Shown one piece after another: positions 62,066 through 64,000 of a stretch of 64,000 nucleotides of DNA. Position numbers and translations under genes: made by a program. The DNA is from Macrostomum lignano. Lineage: Eukaryota. Under the pieces are notes generated by a model. That model saw nothing but the letters and a program-made list of their open reading frames with translations. It had not been told where the DNA came from and ran no database searches. The DNA lies in NCBI GenBank assembly GCA_002269645.1, contig NIVC01001009.1:62001-126000 (forward strand), written 5' to 3'. Within the stretch, counting starts at the first letter, position 1, and every line of letters starts with the position of its first letter.

Positions 62066-63372
62066 GGGTAAAGCATCATCAACCGAACATAAAAGTATCA
62101 TTTTTCAACCTTCTTTCTTGCATAGCAAAAAAGTTTTATATGTAGTGAAATAAAACTATCCAGAAGTTGTTTAGAACATTTTTTTTCTTTTAAATGAATG
62201 GTTGCTTTATTTTATTGCACAAGTAGAAAAAAAGTTATTGATGATTTTATCTGAAAACCAAACGATGATTCTAGGGGATGTTCAGACCGAACAGGGTATC
62301 TGGTGTTCGGTTTTTGTGTTCGAACACTAATAACTTTTTTATTTCTTGTTTGTTTTTTCTGCAATATATCTTATTGTAAAGATTAATTCATACTCTTTCT
62401 AAAAAGTATAACTTTTGCACTAAGAGTTATAGAAAAATATTGTTTATCTGCATTTGAATATAGTACCCCCATTGAACAGAAAAATCGTGACTTTTTTCTG
62501 ATTTCTTCAAACTTTTTGATGTTAAAAGTAATGAAGAAGCCAAACTTTTCTTCTGATTTTAGACTATCTAATTAGACTAACATTAATGAATTTTAAACTA
62601 TCACATGTTTCTTAAAGCAGACAAGATATTTTGTTCATTTCAAAGTGCCTCCCGAGGAGCATTTATTTTGCTATAATACCTTGCTTTTAGAAATTAAAGG
62701 TACCCCTAGTTTACTTTCGTCCTCTTTTGACTATATTATAAGTATTTTTAAACGATAAAGGAGGAAAAGAAGGAAAAAGTTAAGTAAAAATAAAAACACA
62801 TAGCTTAAATGAGTTGTTTTTTAAATAAAATATCTTTTTTAATATAAGGTAGAAGAAGCAAGCAAAAAGTTTTTTTGGACCATTTTTGTTTGTTCGTATT
62901 TAAGGATTCTTCCGTTCAGTTGATGATTCTGAGATCTGAAAACCGAACCGAACATGCAATTTGGTATCATCAACGGAACAAAGACATTTTTTGCTCAACT
63001 TTATATCAGATTGGTATGTGTTATATTATTTTGTAGATAATTTAGCACTGAATTCAAAAAGTGTTTCCTTTTGAATGTAAGTTTAAAATTGTGGTCTATA
63101 GAACAATTCTATAGACATCCCAAATCAAGAAAAAAACTTTAAAATGCATATTTCTTCAAATTTTTTATCAATAATGCTAATTTTCTCGAGTATCCATTAA
63201 GTAGATCATCAAACCTGAATCTCATTTTGTAGATGAGAATATCTTCTTTCAAATGATATGTCACTTTTGTGGACTCTTGGAATATCTAATATTCCCTGTG
63301 AGACAGTAAAAATGAAAGTCAATTGTATATTCGGCTCTGAAGATCCCTTGTTTGGTTGATGATGCTTTACCC
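62066..63372. mobile_element. 1307-bp non-autonomous TIR element flanked by TA
   Basis: TA|GGGTAAAGCATCATCAACCGAACA ... TGTTTGGTTGATGATGCTTTACCC|TA (23/24); internal CCGAACA/TGTTCGG motifs. Confidence 0.88.
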
Positions 63373-63544
63373 TATATTAAATTTAAATTTAAATCAGCAC
63401 CATCAAAAACCCTAGAGGCAAAATTATGATGCTATCAATACTGTAACTAACTTATCAACCTAGGTCTAAAGTTAAAGAAGTTGCGAATTCCTTGGACCTA
63501 ACGAGACAACGAGTATAAATAAATGAAAAATTACAAATGAAAAA

Positions 63545-64000
63545 TTATGGGTACGGATGGGGCAGGGTCAGATCGTAATATTCCATTTCGTCATATCGGA
63601 TGACGAAGTGACCAGAAGCAAAGTAGCTTGAAGAGTAATATGATGAAGTGACCAAATATTTAGTTATGATGGATACTTCGTCATCAACCAATCAATCTGT
63701 GCTTGATTCGAGTTAGTGTAAACTATTTTTTGTTTAATAAATATAAGCTGCGGCAAGCAGAACCGATCGATCGACAGGTTTTATCAATCGAGATGACAAA
63801 ATGACTGGGATCATTAGGATTCCAAGTAGGGCCTAAATATATTTAATTGCCACAATAATTCACTTGAAGTTAGAACTAATTAATGTGATTGGTGGATGAC
63901 GAAATGACTCTCTTCAGGTAGTGCATGTTAATTAAGATGACGAAAGTGACCATAGTCGAGGTGAGCACCCCAGACACCCAGATGACGAAATGGCAGATGA
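63545..64000. repeat. Interspersed element with repeated GATGACGAA(A/G)TGAC motifs, runs off the window
   Basis: Motif at about 63599, 63642, 63792, 63895, 63937 and 63981; inverted copies at 63584 and about 63677. Confidence 0.6.

Overview
This is eukaryotic (invertebrate animal) genomic DNA, not prokaryotic. It has spliceosomal introns, poly-Q/poly-A rich proteins and very dense minisatellites; the style resembles free-living flatworm (Macrostomum-like) assemblies, but that is inference. Four genes are well supported: an intronless Ly6/uPAR 'coiled (cold)'-like gene (10924-11406, -), an intronless DUF4515/CCDC166-like coiled-coil gene (24571-25449, +), a 3-exon PRD-class homeobox gene matching homeobrain (43061-49097, -), and a complete 6-exon cytoplasmic arginyl-tRNA synthetase (52534-59130, -, 645 aa). 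A possible low-complexity orphan gene has exons at 13965-14266 and 123-375. Mobile DNA includes a young 5'-truncated Loa/Lian-type LINE with an intact RT-RNase H frame and a 9-bp TSD, three hAT-like elements with perfect 8-bp TSDs (one nested in another), mariner and IS630/Tc1-like transposase relics, several MITEs and two tRNA-derived SINE-like heads. About 20 different tandem arrays cover roughly a quarter of the window. The most striking unexplained pattern is that old transposon blocks are almost free of CpG (2 in about 2.8 kb, 0 in about 1.2 kb, 3 in about 1.5 kb, counted by eye), while young elements and the housekeeping RARS exons are CpG-rich. That suggests transposon-targeted germline cytosine modification or hypermutation, the inverse of the usual invertebrate gene-body pattern. 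Tandem-array boundaries are approximate; splice-site and TSD coordinates were read directly.
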